In this document: positions 11,045 through 20,643 of the stretch, piece by piece
Layout: every line of letters begins with the position of its first letter
Numbering within the stretch: the stretch's first letter is position 1
NCBI GenBank assembly: GCA_034003985.1
Contig: JAVEXP010000001.1
Location: 68,924-132,923, forward strand
Source of the DNA: Patescibacteria group bacterium
GTDB lineage: Bacteria; Patescibacteriota; Patescibacteriia; Buchananbacterales; UBA6539
DNA length: 64,000 bases
Reading direction: 5' to 3'
Program-made: the position numbers and the translations under genes
The notes under the pieces: generated by a model
Seen by the model: the letters and a program-made list of their open reading frames with translations, nothing else
Told to the model about the DNA's origin: nothing
Databases searched by the model: none

Positions 11045-11847
11045 TTATTGTCGTGGTACCAGATGAAACAGATAGGTGCCCTCGGCTCCGGGTGGCGCGG
11101 CACTCGAATAGATGTGGTCGCCATTTTGCCAGTGGCGGATGACGGTGAAGCCGTCAATGGTTGCTAGGCCTTGGTCGTTGAACGGAGTGATCAACCATGG
11201 CCATTTGGTTTCCGTTGCCTGCAAGACAGGCTGGCTGTTGTCTTTGATGACTTTGAGATTGTAATCCGTTGGTGTAAATACCCAGAAGGCCGTGCAGATC
11301 ACTACGATCATCACCAGTCCCTGAAGCCAACCATTAGCGTCGATGTGGCCGCGACCGGCGGTAAGTTTGTGAGCATACCAGCCAGGTTGCCAGACTGCGA
11401 CTGGAATGAAGCAGATCAGTAAGACGGCTACCCAGAACTTATTGGCGCTGGTATCAATGAAATAGGCCGATAGCGTTCCCAGCACTACCGTGAAGTAGGC
11501 CAGGTGATACCAACCACCAACGGTAAGCTTCCTGATGCCGATCCGCTCTGGCTCGACAATATGTCCAGGCAAATCGCACCATTGGCAGTAGGCCAGGTGC
11601 ATCAGTACACTGATGGCCAGTCCGGCGACAATGCACATCACCCAGACGGTTGTCGTGATTTCGCCCAGATAGGATCCGATCAGGTAGGCAATACCGCTCA
11701 CGATAATCAGATCGGACCACATTCCGCCGTGGACCAGCCAGGGGACAGAAAAATACCCCATCTGCCGCTTTGACAAACGGTGTTCAAATCCGGCGATTGC
11801 AGCTCCGACAAGCACCAAAATAATATTAAAGAACGCGAGTCCCGTCA
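11045..11847 (-). CDS. Hypothetical polytopic membrane protein (GC-rich gene)
   Basis: It has multiple TM helices. The preferred start is the ATG at 11847, which has SD 'AAGGAGA'. The gene is about 55% GC, well above the flanks. Confidence 0.5.
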
Positions 11848-11941
11848 TGGGAATTCTCCTTTTTTGAACCACGCCACCGCGGCGTGATAAACAAATAATT
11901 CTAACATAAAATATATAGAAAGTCAATGTTTTTGTATAATA

Positions 11942-13519
11942 ATGGCTAAATTAAAAATAAAAATTAAATCAGCACCAACTGCTCCCGGCTGTTATTTGTT
12001 TAAAAATAAAGCCGGAGAGATTATTTATATTGGCAAGGCAAAGAATATCAGGAAACGGATTGCCAATTATTTTCGGAAAAATAATCTTGACTCCAAAACC
12101 AAGGAGCTGGTAAAAAATATTTGTGAGGTGGAATTTTTTATTACCGACAATGAAACTGAAGCGCTGCTGTTGGAAGCCAGATTAATTAACAAACACCAGC
12201 CGAAATACAATATTGACTTGAAAGACGGCAAGCGTTATGCCCATTTGATGATTACCAAAGAAGATTATCCAAGGTTGGTGGTGAGTCGTAATTTTAAGCC
12301 CAGTGACGAAATTTATGGTCCGTATACTTCGGGACAGTCGCGTCAGGAGATTTTGCGGTTGGCTAATCGATTGTTTAAATTGCGAGTCAATAAGCAGTTA
12401 ACTAAAAAAGACCGTGAACGCGGACGAATTAGGTTGGCGACTTCTCCTTGGTTGGAAAATGTGACGATTCAAGAATATGCTAGACGGCTTGATAAAGTTC
12501 GATTGTTGTTGAAAGGCCAAACCGAAGAACTAATTGTTAAGTTAACTGCTGAGATGAATGGTTTTTCGGCAACCAAAAGTTTTGAATTGGCTAAAATCAG
12601 ACGCGATCAGATTTTGGCTTTGAAGAATATTTCGGAAAAGCAAAAAGTTGAATTAAAAAAGCGTTATGACCAGGATGTAATTAACTATCTGATCTTGCCG
12701 AACAAAATTGTTGTTCAGTTGTTTAATGTTAATAAGGGGGTAATCTCGGGTCGGAAGCGTTTTAGTTTTGAAGCAAAAAGTCAGGTTGATTGGCAAGAAA
12801 ATATAGCTGGTTTTATCAGTCAATATTATTTTAGCAATGATATTCCTCAGGAAATAATTTTGCCGCAAGCCTTGGAACAGCATAAGATACTGGAAAAATA
12901 CCTCGCCAGACTTAGTCGACGATCGGTTAAAATAACAATTCCAAAAAGAGGTGACAAGTTAAAACTTTTGGAATTGGTAGAAAAAAATATCGAATCGGAA
13001 TGGAGTTCTGATTTGTCGGCTTTGACCGAGCTGCAAAAAATATTTAATTTACCAATGCCGCCCGCAGTCATTGAGGCTTTTGATATTTCCAATTTGGGTA
13101 ATACCGGCGTAGTCGGAGCTTTGGTGTATTTTAAAAACGCCAAGCCTGATAAGAATAATTATCGACGATTCAAAATTAAAACTTTTTTGGGGCAATCTGA
13201 TTTTGACGCGATGAAAGAAGTAGTTTTTCGCCGTTATTATCGGTTAAAAAAGGAAGGTAGAGTTTTGCCTGATTTGATTATGGTTGACGGCGGCAAACCG
13301 CAACTGACCGCTACCTTGGATTCTTTACGGCAATTAGATTTAATTATTCCCGTAATTGCTTTAGCGAAAAAAGAAGAAGAGATTTATTTGCCGGGAGTAA
13401 AAAATCCCATCAGGCTGTCACGCCGATCAGCGGGTTTGAAATTATTGCAGCAAATCAGGGATGAAGCTCATCGATTTGCCGTTAATTATCAGCGTTTATT
13501 GCGGAACAAATCACTATAG
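11942..13519 (+). CDS. uvrC: Excinuclease ABC subunit C
   Basis: N-terminal GIY-YIG 'GCYLFKNKAGEIIYIGKAKNIRKRI'. It has a UvrC endonuclease V-like C-terminal region. Confidence 0.9.
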   Translation: MAKLKIKIKSAPTAPGCYLFKNKAGEIIYIGKAKNIRKRIANYFRKNNLDSKTKELVKNICEVEFFITDNETEALLLEARLINKHQPKYNIDLKDGKRYAHLMITKEDYPRLVVSRNFKPSDEIYGPYTSGQSRQEILRLANRLFKLRVNKQLTKKDRERGRIRLATSPWLENVTIQEYARRLDKVRLLLKGQTEELIVKLTAEMNGFSATKSFELAKIRRDQILALKNISEKQKVELKKRYDQDVINYLILPNKIVVQLFNVNKGVISGRKRFSFEAKSQVDWQENIAGFISQYYFSNDIPQEIILPQALEQHKILEKYLARLSRRSVKITIPKRGDKLKLLELVEKNIESEWSSDLSALTELQKIFNLPMPPAVIEAFDISNLGNTGVVGALVYFKNAKPDKNNYRRFKIKTFLGQSDFDAMKEVVFRRYYRLKKEGRVLPDLIMVDGGKPQLTATLDSLRQLDLIIPVIALAKKEEEIYLPGVKNPIRLSRRSAGLKLLQQIRDEAHRFAVNYQRLLRNKSL

Positions 13520-13585
13520 ATTGGTTGATAATATCGGATTTTTTTGTTATCCTTAGATTAGATAACTATTAAATATTTTTATCAT

Positions 13586-14473
13586 ATGAGTGTTGAAACC
13601 AGGGGTAAAATGCCAATGGTAAGCGGGGATTTGGACGCAATTGAAAGAATTAAGAATAGTGTTGATCGTGAATATGACCAAGCTTTAGGAGTTCCGGATT
13701 TGAATGAATTTATTGAAGAAAGTCATGGAGTTGATCCTGATGTTTCTGATATTTCCGTTCCTGGGAGGAAAATAAGTCAAGAAGTCGTTGGTTCTCGGCC
13801 CGCCGTTAAGCAGGAATTTCGTCAACCAAGCGGAATGGATAGGATTAGAAAAACCATGGCTGAAAAAGGCTGGAATCAACCACCGGAATTGGAACGAAAA
13901 GATCTGTTGACCAAAGACGGCAGGATTTTGGATTTCAGTGAGGCCGCTGATTTTCATGAGTTAGTCGAGATGATTAAAAATGAAGAATATATTACCAATC
14001 AGAATGGTGAAGATTTGTCAGCGGAAACGGTCATTAATTTGATTTATAAATTAACCTATCAGGATATTCGTAATTATCACAAAGAAGATTGGACCAATAT
14101 TACTCTCCGACATAATCTGCGGGCGACGGTGGCCGGGTTGATTGATCAATATAAACGAACGCCGGAATTCAGGGCGTCGGTGGGTTTGGATTTAAGTCAG
14201 ATTCAAACCAAACAGGAGGTTTGCAGCCTCCTGCGACAAAGAACCATGATGGTTGATGCTAATGGTAATACGGTAGACGGTGATACATTGGTCAGATATA
14301 TCAATAATGGAGATTTAACAATGCTGCCGGAGCCGATTCGCTTTAAGGTTATTGAAATTAATAAAGAAGAATCAGATCGTCATATCGAAAATAAACAACA
14401 CCAGGAAAATAGCTTGGGCGGCCGGTTAAAATCCGGGCTGGCTAAGCTGAAGTTCTGGGGCCGGAAAAAATAA
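13586..14473 (+). CDS. Hypothetical protein
   Basis: It is a 295-aa ORF with no recognisable motifs and an acidic N-terminus. Confidence 0.4.
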   Translation: MSVETRGKMPMVSGDLDAIERIKNSVDREYDQALGVPDLNEFIEESHGVDPDVSDISVPGRKISQEVVGSRPAVKQEFRQPSGMDRIRKTMAEKGWNQPPELERKDLLTKDGRILDFSEAADFHELVEMIKNEEYITNQNGEDLSAETVINLIYKLTYQDIRNYHKEDWTNITLRHNLRATVAGLIDQYKRTPEFRASVGLDLSQIQTKQEVCSLLRQRTMMVDANGNTVDGDTLVRYINNGDLTMLPEPIRFKVIEINKEESDRHIENKQHQENSLGGRLKSGLAKLKFWGRKK

Positions 14474-14498
14474 TTCTTGACATTCGTCGTAATAATTT

Positions 14499-15731
14499 AT
14501 GAGAATTTGGAAAATATTGGCCATTACTGTAGCGGCCAGCACGGGACTGGCTTTTTTAGTTTGGCATTATGGTTGGTTGAATAAATTGGATGAAAAATCA
14601 ATTGAGGAACAGACCACTAAACCGCCATTGGAAACAACTTATAAAAAATCTTTTGAAATAATTGAAGGAACGACCTTTGGGATTTTGATGGAAAGAGCCA
14701 GCGTAACCCCGGCAATTAGTCAGGCGATTTTTAGCGCCGCACAGCCGGTCTATGATTTGACAAATATTCGTTTGGGACGAATTATTGATCTGGTTTACGA
14801 TAAAACCACTGACGAATTAAAGCAGTTGGTTTACCCGATTGACAGTGAAGAAAAGTTGTATGTAACTTTACAGTCATCGATGGTGACTGCCACCACTACC
14901 GAGTTGGTTTGGCAGGCCGAGAAAAAATTGATTCCTTATGAAATTAAGATTAAAACCGTTGAGGGTGAAATTCAAACTTCAATGTGGGAGTCGGGCTTGA
15001 ATCAAGGCATAGATGAACGGGCAATTATCGCTTTCGCCGATGTTTTTCAGTGGACGGTTGACTTCGCCTGGCAGGTTAAAGCCGGCGACCGCTACAAATT
15101 TATTTTTGAGGAACGCTATCTGGACGGAGAGTATGTTATGCCGGGAAAAATTTTGGCCGGTAAATTCATCAATGAAGGTAATGACTTATTAGCTTTTTAT
15201 CATGAAGATTCAGTTGATAAAATCGGTTATTTTGATCAAGACGGCAATTCGGTTCAGAAAGTTTTTTTGAAAGCGCCGTTGGCATTTAAATATATCTCCT
15301 CTGGCTTTACCACTGGTAGTCGCTATATTTCGGCGTTCAATATTTCCACTGGCCATCGGGCCATTGATTATGCTGCGGCGGCCGGTACGCCGATTCGGTC
15401 GGTAGGTGATGGCACTATAATTTTTGCCGGCTGGGATGGCGCTTATGGTCGTAAAGTTAGCGTCCGGCATAATTCAACTTACACCACCAATTATGCCCAT
15501 ATGTCAAAAATCGCGGTTCAAGTCGGACAAAAAGTCAGCCAGGGCCAAACCATTGGTTATGTCGGTTCGACCGGACTTTCTACCGGCCCGCATCTGCATT
15601 ACGAAATGGTCAAAAATGGTGTTAAGATTAATCCCTTGCTTGAGGAATTTCCTTCGGCCGAAGGCATTGGTGAGGAAAACAAAGCGGCTTATTTGGCGGC
15701 CGTCAAGGAGTGGCAAGAGCAACTGAATTAA
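14499..15731 (+). CDS. M23 family metallopeptidase (LytM domain) with N-terminal TM anchor
   Basis: 'HRAIDYAAAAGTPIRSVGDG...GRKVSVRHNSTYTTNYAHM...GPHLHYEM' carries the M23 HxxxD and HxH motifs. Confidence 0.85.
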   Translation: MRIWKILAITVAASTGLAFLVWHYGWLNKLDEKSIEEQTTKPPLETTYKKSFEIIEGTTFGILMERASVTPAISQAIFSAAQPVYDLTNIRLGRIIDLVYDKTTDELKQLVYPIDSEEKLYVTLQSSMVTATTTELVWQAEKKLIPYEIKIKTVEGEIQTSMWESGLNQGIDERAIIAFADVFQWTVDFAWQVKAGDRYKFIFEERYLDGEYVMPGKILAGKFINEGNDLLAFYHEDSVDKIGYFDQDGNSVQKVFLKAPLAFKYISSGFTTGSRYISAFNISTGHRAIDYAAAAGTPIRSVGDGTIIFAGWDGAYGRKVSVRHNSTYTTNYAHMSKIAVQVGQKVSQGQTIGYVGSTGLSTGPHLHYEMVKNGVKINPLLEEFPSAEGIGEENKAAYLAAVKEWQEQLN

Positions 15732-15788
15732 TTTATTGGCAACAACTAAAACTTGATTTTTAGTTGTTTTTATGTTATTTTTTAATAC

Positions 15789-16454
15789 ATGGGAACACTT
15801 TTTGTGGTGGCAACACCAATTGGTAATCTGAGTGATATTAGTTTTAGAGCCGTTGAAACTTTAAAATCGGTTGATTTGATTGCTTGCGAAGATACCAGAA
15901 TTACCAAGAAGTTGCTTGAACATTATGAAATTAATAAACCAACTGTTAGCTATCATCAACACAGCAATGTCGGTAAGATTGATTTTTTGATTGATAAATT
16001 AAGACAAGGGCATAATATTGCTTTGGTTTCTGATGCCGGAACGCCAGGAATTTCTGACCCTGGTAACTTGTTGGTTCAGGCGGTTCATAATGAAGGAATA
16101 AAAGTTGAACCAATTCCCGGACCAAGCGCGGTAATTACGGCTTTATCGGTGTCTGGATTGCCAACTGACAGATTTTTATTTTTGGGATTTTTGCCTCATA
16201 AGAAGGGTCGGGAAACTTTAATTAAGGAAATCATCGCCGCCCAACAAACCGTGGTTTTTTACGAATCGGTCCATCGGATCATTAAATCATTGGAACAGTT
16301 AAGGGATGCCGGATTGCAGCGCCAAGTTATAGTTGCCAGAGAGTTGACCAAAAAATTCGAAACCATTTACCGTGGTACCGCCAGTGAGATATTAACTAAC
16401 TTAGATGCCGATCAAACTAAGGGGGAGTTTGTCGTTATTGTTTCTAAAAAATAA
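15789..16454 (+). CDS. rsmI: 16S rRNA (cytidine1402-2'-O)-methyltransferase
   Basis: 'LFVVATPIGNLSDISFRAVETLKSVDLIACEDTR' is the tetrapyrrole-methylase-fold RsmI N-terminus. Confidence 0.85.
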   Translation: MGTLFVVATPIGNLSDISFRAVETLKSVDLIACEDTRITKKLLEHYEINKPTVSYHQHSNVGKIDFLIDKLRQGHNIALVSDAGTPGISDPGNLLVQAVHNEGIKVEPIPGPSAVITALSVSGLPTDRFLFLGFLPHKKGRETLIKEIIAAQQTVVFYESVHRIIKSLEQLRDAGLQRQVIVARELTKKFETIYRGTASEILTNLDADQTKGEFVVIVSKK

Positions 16455-16455
16455 T

Positions 16456-17889
16456 ATGTCAAACAAATTTTACATTACTACGGCTATTCCCTATGTTAAT
16501 GCTAATCCACACATTGGCTTTGCTTTGGAATTGGTCCAAACCGATGCGGTCGCTCGTTGGCATCGTCAGCAGGGCGATGAGGTTTTCTTTTTGACTGGGG
16601 CGGATGAGAACAGCTTGAAGAATGTTCAGGCGGCTGAAAAAGAAGGAATTTCTACTCGCGAACTGGTTGATAAAAATACCCAGCGTTTCATTGATTTGAC
16701 TAACACCTTAAATATTTCTAATGATGATTTTATTCGAACAGTATCGGATAAACATTTTGCCGGGGCCCAAAAATTATGGTCAACCTGCAAACCCGAAGAC
16801 ATTTATAAAAAAACTTACAAAGGTTTGTACTGCGTTGGTTGTGAACAGTTCTACACTGAAAAAGAATTGATAGACGGCAAGTGCCCGGAACATCAAAAAG
16901 AACCGGAAGTGGTTGAAGAGGAAAATTATTTTTTTAAACTTTCTAATTATCAATCCAAACTGGAAAAGTTGATTGAGTCAGATGAATATAGGGTGGTTCC
17001 GGAATCCCGCAAGAATGAGGTTTTAAGTTTTGTCCGCATGGGTTTGGAAGACTTTTCGATTTCTCGTTCACAGGCGCGCGCTAAAAATTGGGGCGTGCCG
17101 GTGCCCGGTGATGAATCGCAAGTGATGTATGTTTGGTTTGACGCTTTAAGCAATTATATTACCGCTTTGGGTTATGACCAAACTGGCGAAGAATTTAAGA
17201 AATTCTGGCCAGCCGATGTTCATGTGATTGGCAAAGGGATTATCAGATTCCATGCCGTTTATTGGCCGGCGATGTTGATGTCGGCCGGAGTGGAGTTGCC
17301 AAAGAATTTATTTGTTCACGGTTATATCAATATTGATGGCGGTAAGATGTCTAAATCGCTGGGTAATGTGATTGATCCGTTTGTCTTGGTTGAAAAATAC
17401 GGGGTTGAACCGGTACGATATTATTTATTGCGCTATGTTCATCCGGTGCTGGATAGTGATTTTTCAACGAAACAGTTTGAGCAAGCTTATACAGCCGATT
17501 TGGCCAATGGCTTAGGCAATTTGGTCAACCGCGTGGCAGGGTTAATTGAACAAAATGATATCGTGATTAAATTAGATAAGGATCGTGACGCTAATGATGA
17601 ATTCGACCAATTAATGGCAGGATTTTTGTTTGATCAAGCTTTAAAATATATTTGGGACAAGATTGCTCAGGTTGATGGCTTGATTTCCGAAACTAAACCG
17701 TGGGAATTGGCCAAGACCAGCCAGACTGAAAAGCTGACTGAAATTTTGAATCAAGCGGCTAACAGTGTTTATCATATCAGTTGGTTATTGAAGCCATTTC
17801 TACCCGAGACGGCCGAAAAGATTGAACAAATATTTACAGCTGAAAAGATCATTAAGGGTACGCCATTATTTCCCAGATTAGAAAGTTAA
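16456..17889 (+). CDS. metG: Methionine--tRNA ligase (short form)
   Basis: 'PYVNANPHIGF' is a HIGH-type motif. It has the Cys knuckles 'CVGCEQF...CPEH' and the 'KMSKS' motif. The ATG at 16456 is preferred over the upstream start, which overlaps rsmI. Confidence 0.9.
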   Translation: MSNKFYITTAIPYVNANPHIGFALELVQTDAVARWHRQQGDEVFFLTGADENSLKNVQAAEKEGISTRELVDKNTQRFIDLTNTLNISNDDFIRTVSDKHFAGAQKLWSTCKPEDIYKKTYKGLYCVGCEQFYTEKELIDGKCPEHQKEPEVVEEENYFFKLSNYQSKLEKLIESDEYRVVPESRKNEVLSFVRMGLEDFSISRSQARAKNWGVPVPGDESQVMYVWFDALSNYITALGYDQTGEEFKKFWPADVHVIGKGIIRFHAVYWPAMLMSAGVELPKNLFVHGYINIDGGKMSKSLGNVIDPFVLVEKYGVEPVRYYLLRYVHPVLDSDFSTKQFEQAYTADLANGLGNLVNRVAGLIEQNDIVIKLDKDRDANDEFDQLMAGFLFDQALKYIWDKIAQVDGLISETKPWELAKTSQTEKLTEILNQAANSVYHISWLLKPFLPETAEKIEQIFTAEKIIKGTPLFPRLES

Positions 17890-17907
17890 TAATTTTTTTA
17901 TAAAACT

Positions 17908-18426
17908 ATGTATTTAACGATTTTGGATTTAGTACTAGTTTTTATCGTTTTTATTTTCGTCGCGTTTGGTTTTGCTATGGGTTTAGTTCAGACCGTTGGT
18001 GCTTTGGTCGGAGTAGTGTTGGGAGCCTGGTTGGCTGGAATTTATTACGACAGCATCGCGGTTTGGCTTAGTCCATTTATGCTGGGTAATGATATTATGG
18101 CGAAAATCGTTGCTTTCATTTTGATTTTTACGATTATTAATCGCTTGAGCGGCTTGGTTTTTTGGATTATTAATAAATTTTTTAATATCCTTTCAATCAT
18201 CCCTTTTGCTAAAAGTTTGAATCGGATTCTGGGAGCACTTCTGGCACTGGTGGAAGGAATTTTGACTTTGGGAGTGATTCTCTATTTTGCCGGTCAGTTT
18301 GAAATTTCCGAATGGTGGCAGGGGATAATTTCTGGTTCAATAGTGGCTGGCTGGTTGATTGAAATGGCCAGGATTTTAACACCATTACTGCCTCAGATTT
18401 TAGACAAAGTAACTTCAATGACTTAA
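17908..18426 (+). CDS. CvpA family membrane protein
   Basis: It has four TM helices and a size and hydropathy layout typical of CvpA. Confidence 0.55.
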   Translation: MYLTILDLVLVFIVFIFVAFGFAMGLVQTVGALVGVVLGAWLAGIYYDSIAVWLSPFMLGNDIMAKIVAFILIFTIINRLSGLVFWIINKFFNILSIIPFAKSLNRILGALLALVEGILTLGVILYFAGQFEISEWWQGIISGSIVAGWLIEMARILTPLLPQILDKVTSMT

Positions 18427-19224
18427 ATGATTATTGATACTCATGCCCATTTGAATTTTGAAGCTTTTGATGACGATTGGGACGAAGTGATAGCCGACTG
18501 CCAAGCTAAAGGGGTGTGGATGATTAATGTCGGTTCGCAATTAACTACTAGCCGTAAAGCGGTGGCTATGAGCAGTAAATACCAACAGGGGGTTTATGCC
18601 GCGGTTGGTTTGCACCCAATTCATGTTTCGGGCAGCAGTTTTAATCCCGAAGCTTTTAATATTGACGAGTATCGAGTGCTATTGCGGCATTCTGATAAGA
18701 TTGTAGCTTTGGGCGAAACCGGTATAGATTTTTTTCATGATGACAGTAATTTTGAAAATCAAATTAAAGTTTTTGTAAAACACATTAACTTGGCAAAAGA
18801 ATTTGATCGGGCAGTTATTGTTCATAGCCGAAACAGCAAAGATGGTAGTCGCAATGCTTATGAAGAAATTTTAAAGATTATTAAAGAACAGGCTTTTGGT
18901 CGAGGAGTGATCCATTGTTTTGGCGGTACCGTTGATCAGGCCAAGAGATTTATTGACCAAGGTTTTTTTGTCGGTTTCACCGGGATCGTGACTTTTGACA
19001 AAACCGGTGAGTTAGCGGAGGTAATTGTTAATTTACCGCTAGAATCAATATTAATTGAAACAGATAGCCCTTACTTAGCGCCAGTGCCGTATCGGGGTAA
19101 GCGCAATCAACCGCAATATGTTGATGAAGTAGCAAAAAAAATTGCTGAAATTAAAGGAATTGACTATAATAAAGTTGTTGAGCAGACCGTTAAAAATGCC
19201 CAACAATTGTTCAAATTTAATTAA
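18427..19224 (+). CDS. tatD: TatD family deoxyribonuclease
   Basis: 'MIIDTHAHLNFEAF', 'GETGIDF', 'HSRNS' and 'DSPYLAP' are metal-dependent hydrolase motifs. Confidence 0.85.
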   Translation: MIIDTHAHLNFEAFDDDWDEVIADCQAKGVWMINVGSQLTTSRKAVAMSSKYQQGVYAAVGLHPIHVSGSSFNPEAFNIDEYRVLLRHSDKIVALGETGIDFFHDDSNFENQIKVFVKHINLAKEFDRAVIVHSRNSKDGSRNAYEEILKIIKEQAFGRGVIHCFGGTVDQAKRFIDQGFFVGFTGIVTFDKTGELAEVIVNLPLESILIETDSPYLAPVPYRGKRNQPQYVDEVAKKIAEIKGIDYNKVVEQTVKNAQQLFKFN

Positions 19225-19235
19225 TGACCTAATTT

Positions 19236-19355
19236 ATGCCGCATTTAAGCGACGATTGCCCATGCGGTTCGGGAAAAACCTACGGCGAGTGCTGTGGGGC
19301 AGCCGAACCATGCGATTGTGGCTCAGGAAAACCAGCCGGCGAGTGCTGCTACTAG
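19236..19355 (+). CDS. 39-aa protein with two SEC-C-type zinc-binding motifs
   Basis: The translation is 'MPHLSDDCPCGSGKTYGECCGAAEPCDCGSGKPAGECCY'. 'CPCGSGKxYxxCCG' is the SecA C-terminal metal-binding (SEC-C) motif. It falls below the ORF-track cut-off and has no strong SD. Confidence 0.4.
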   Translation: MPHLSDDCPCGSGKTYGECCGAAEPCDCGSGKPAGECCY

Positions 19356-19462
19356 TTTAGAGAAAGTCCTGCCAGGTCTTGGACAAAACCTAGTATAAAA
19401 AACTCTAAGATAGTAAGAATAAGGGTGATGTTTTTTATTTGGCCGCCGAGGCTGTTTTTTTA

Positions 19463-19491
19463 TTGACTATTTTACTATTTTGTGATATTTT
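19463..19491 (+). promoter_or_regulatory. Promoter-like repeat copy P1 (TTGACT, 17-nt spacer, TATTTT)
   Basis: It is near-identical to the promoter at 48213-48241 ('ttgactatttt..tgtgatatt') and shares the upstream 'gctgttttttt' leader. Confidence 0.4.
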
Positions 19492-19845
19492 GAATAGTTG
19501 AATGGTTGGTTGTCGGTAAGTTCCGGTGACTTGACGGAGGGCAATAACGAGAGAACAGTAGATACTACAGCTCAAGGCCACTACACAGCTCACCTACCCC
19601 AGTGGGCTATGATATGCCTTTGGTATGAATCTGTTAGGGATAGTCTCGTTTAGTAGCGTGCTCAATGATTTCGGTCGAGAGTCAACGATTCCTTGTCTGA
19701 TTTCCCTGCAGCAAGCCTGTTCTTGGGTTGAGGGATCGTATTGGTAATCAGGTTGTTTTTTTATGAATAAAGCATCCTGGTGCCCTGATTAGGCCGTAAT
19801 TTTTTGGGTGAACCATTCAAGCAAGCGTTCCTCCAATCGGGTTCC

Positions 19846-19885
19846 AGGATGTCCGAGCGTCGGCAGAATCATCCTGGTTTTTTTA
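19846..19885 (+). terminator. Intrinsic terminator
   Basis: An 8-bp stem 'ccaggatg/catcctgg' with an internal 'ccga-gcg-tcgg' hairpin, followed by T7. Confidence 0.55.
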
Positions 19886-19931
19886 TTAAAAAAGAAACTA
19901 CGGGTAGTAATTTCTTTTTTAGGTAGTATGA

Positions 19932-20570
19932 TTAAACGGTTTGTTCTTCTTGGGCGATAATATCTTTGACTTTCATCAGGGTGATAATGGTCGCTCGTTC
20001 TTGTTCGTTGAGTTTAGCCGTAATGTATTTGATGGTTTCTTTCATATCGGGGATAAAAACATACTCTAGGGCATTAACCCGACGGCGAGTTTTTTCGATT
20101 TCTTCAGCTAGTAATCTGGCGGAGTGTTCAATCTCGGCCAGACGAACCATGTCTTGAAGGGCATTAGAAAAAGTTTCCAGGGCGCGGTCAAGGCTGGTGG
20201 AAGTCGTAGCTAGGTCGTAGCAGAGAAAGTCACCTTCTTCTTGATACTCAAACAATGGCACTTCTACACCCATGACATTTTTGGTTTTGGCTTCCAAGCG
20301 GACTTTTTTAGTTGGGACAGCCAGGGCTTCGTTAATAACAGAGTGTCTGATTTTGGAAGAAAAGAAAATGAAGGAGAAAAAGCCGCTACTCAAATCAGTT
20401 TCAATTTTTTGGCGCAAATCTCTGGCTTCGCGAATGATCGCCATGAAGTGTTTCATTAAGCCGTCGCGTTTTTCCTTGAGCAATTTATGGCCACGCATCG
20501 CCGTCTTAAGCTTGATTTTTAGCTTAAGTAACTCCTGACGAGTGGGATTAACATTCAGTTTGTTAGCCAT
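19932..20570 (-). CDS. atpD: V/A-type ATP synthase subunit D
   Basis: It is coiled-coil with the 'NPTRQELLKLKIKLKTAMRGHKLLKEKRD' signature of V-type subunit D. Confidence 0.9.
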   Translation of the reverse strand: MANKLNVNPTRQELLKLKIKLKTAMRGHKLLKEKRDGLMKHFMAIIREARDLRQKIETDLSSGFFSFIFFSSKIRHSVINEALAVPTKKVRLEAKTKNVMGVEVPLFEYQEEGDFLCYDLATTSTSLDRALETFSNALQDMVRLAEIEHSARLLAEEIEKTRRRVNALEYVFIPDMKETIKYITAKLNEQERATIITLMKVKDIIAQEEQTV

Positions 20571-20643
20571 AGTATTTTAATTTTGAATTTCGAGTAAATT
20601 TAAGATATTTAAGTTTGATTAGAAATCCAAAATTTAAAATTAG

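Noticed and set aside
11934-11940. TATAAT hexamer 1 nt before the uvrC ATG
   Set aside because: A -10 at this position would place the TSS inside the CDS, and no -35 is present. It is probably AT-rich coincidence.
16405-16455. Upstream extension of metG (MPIKLRGSLSLLFLKNN)
   Set aside because: It overlaps the rsmI 3' end. Conserved MetRS sequence starts at MSNKFYITTAIPY, so ATG 16456 was chosen.
19142-19360. 72-aa track ORF overlapping the tatD 3' end
   Set aside because: It starts inside tatD in another frame and has no RBS. The same region is better explained by the 39-aa SEC-C-motif ORF in frame 3.
19492-19885. RNase P RNA or tmRNA in the ORF-free segment
   Set aside because: The universally conserved blocks are absent: GGAAAGUCCGG and ACAGAA..GGCUUA for RNase P, and the 5' GGGG..UUCGAC and tag ORF ending ..AA-stop for tmRNA.
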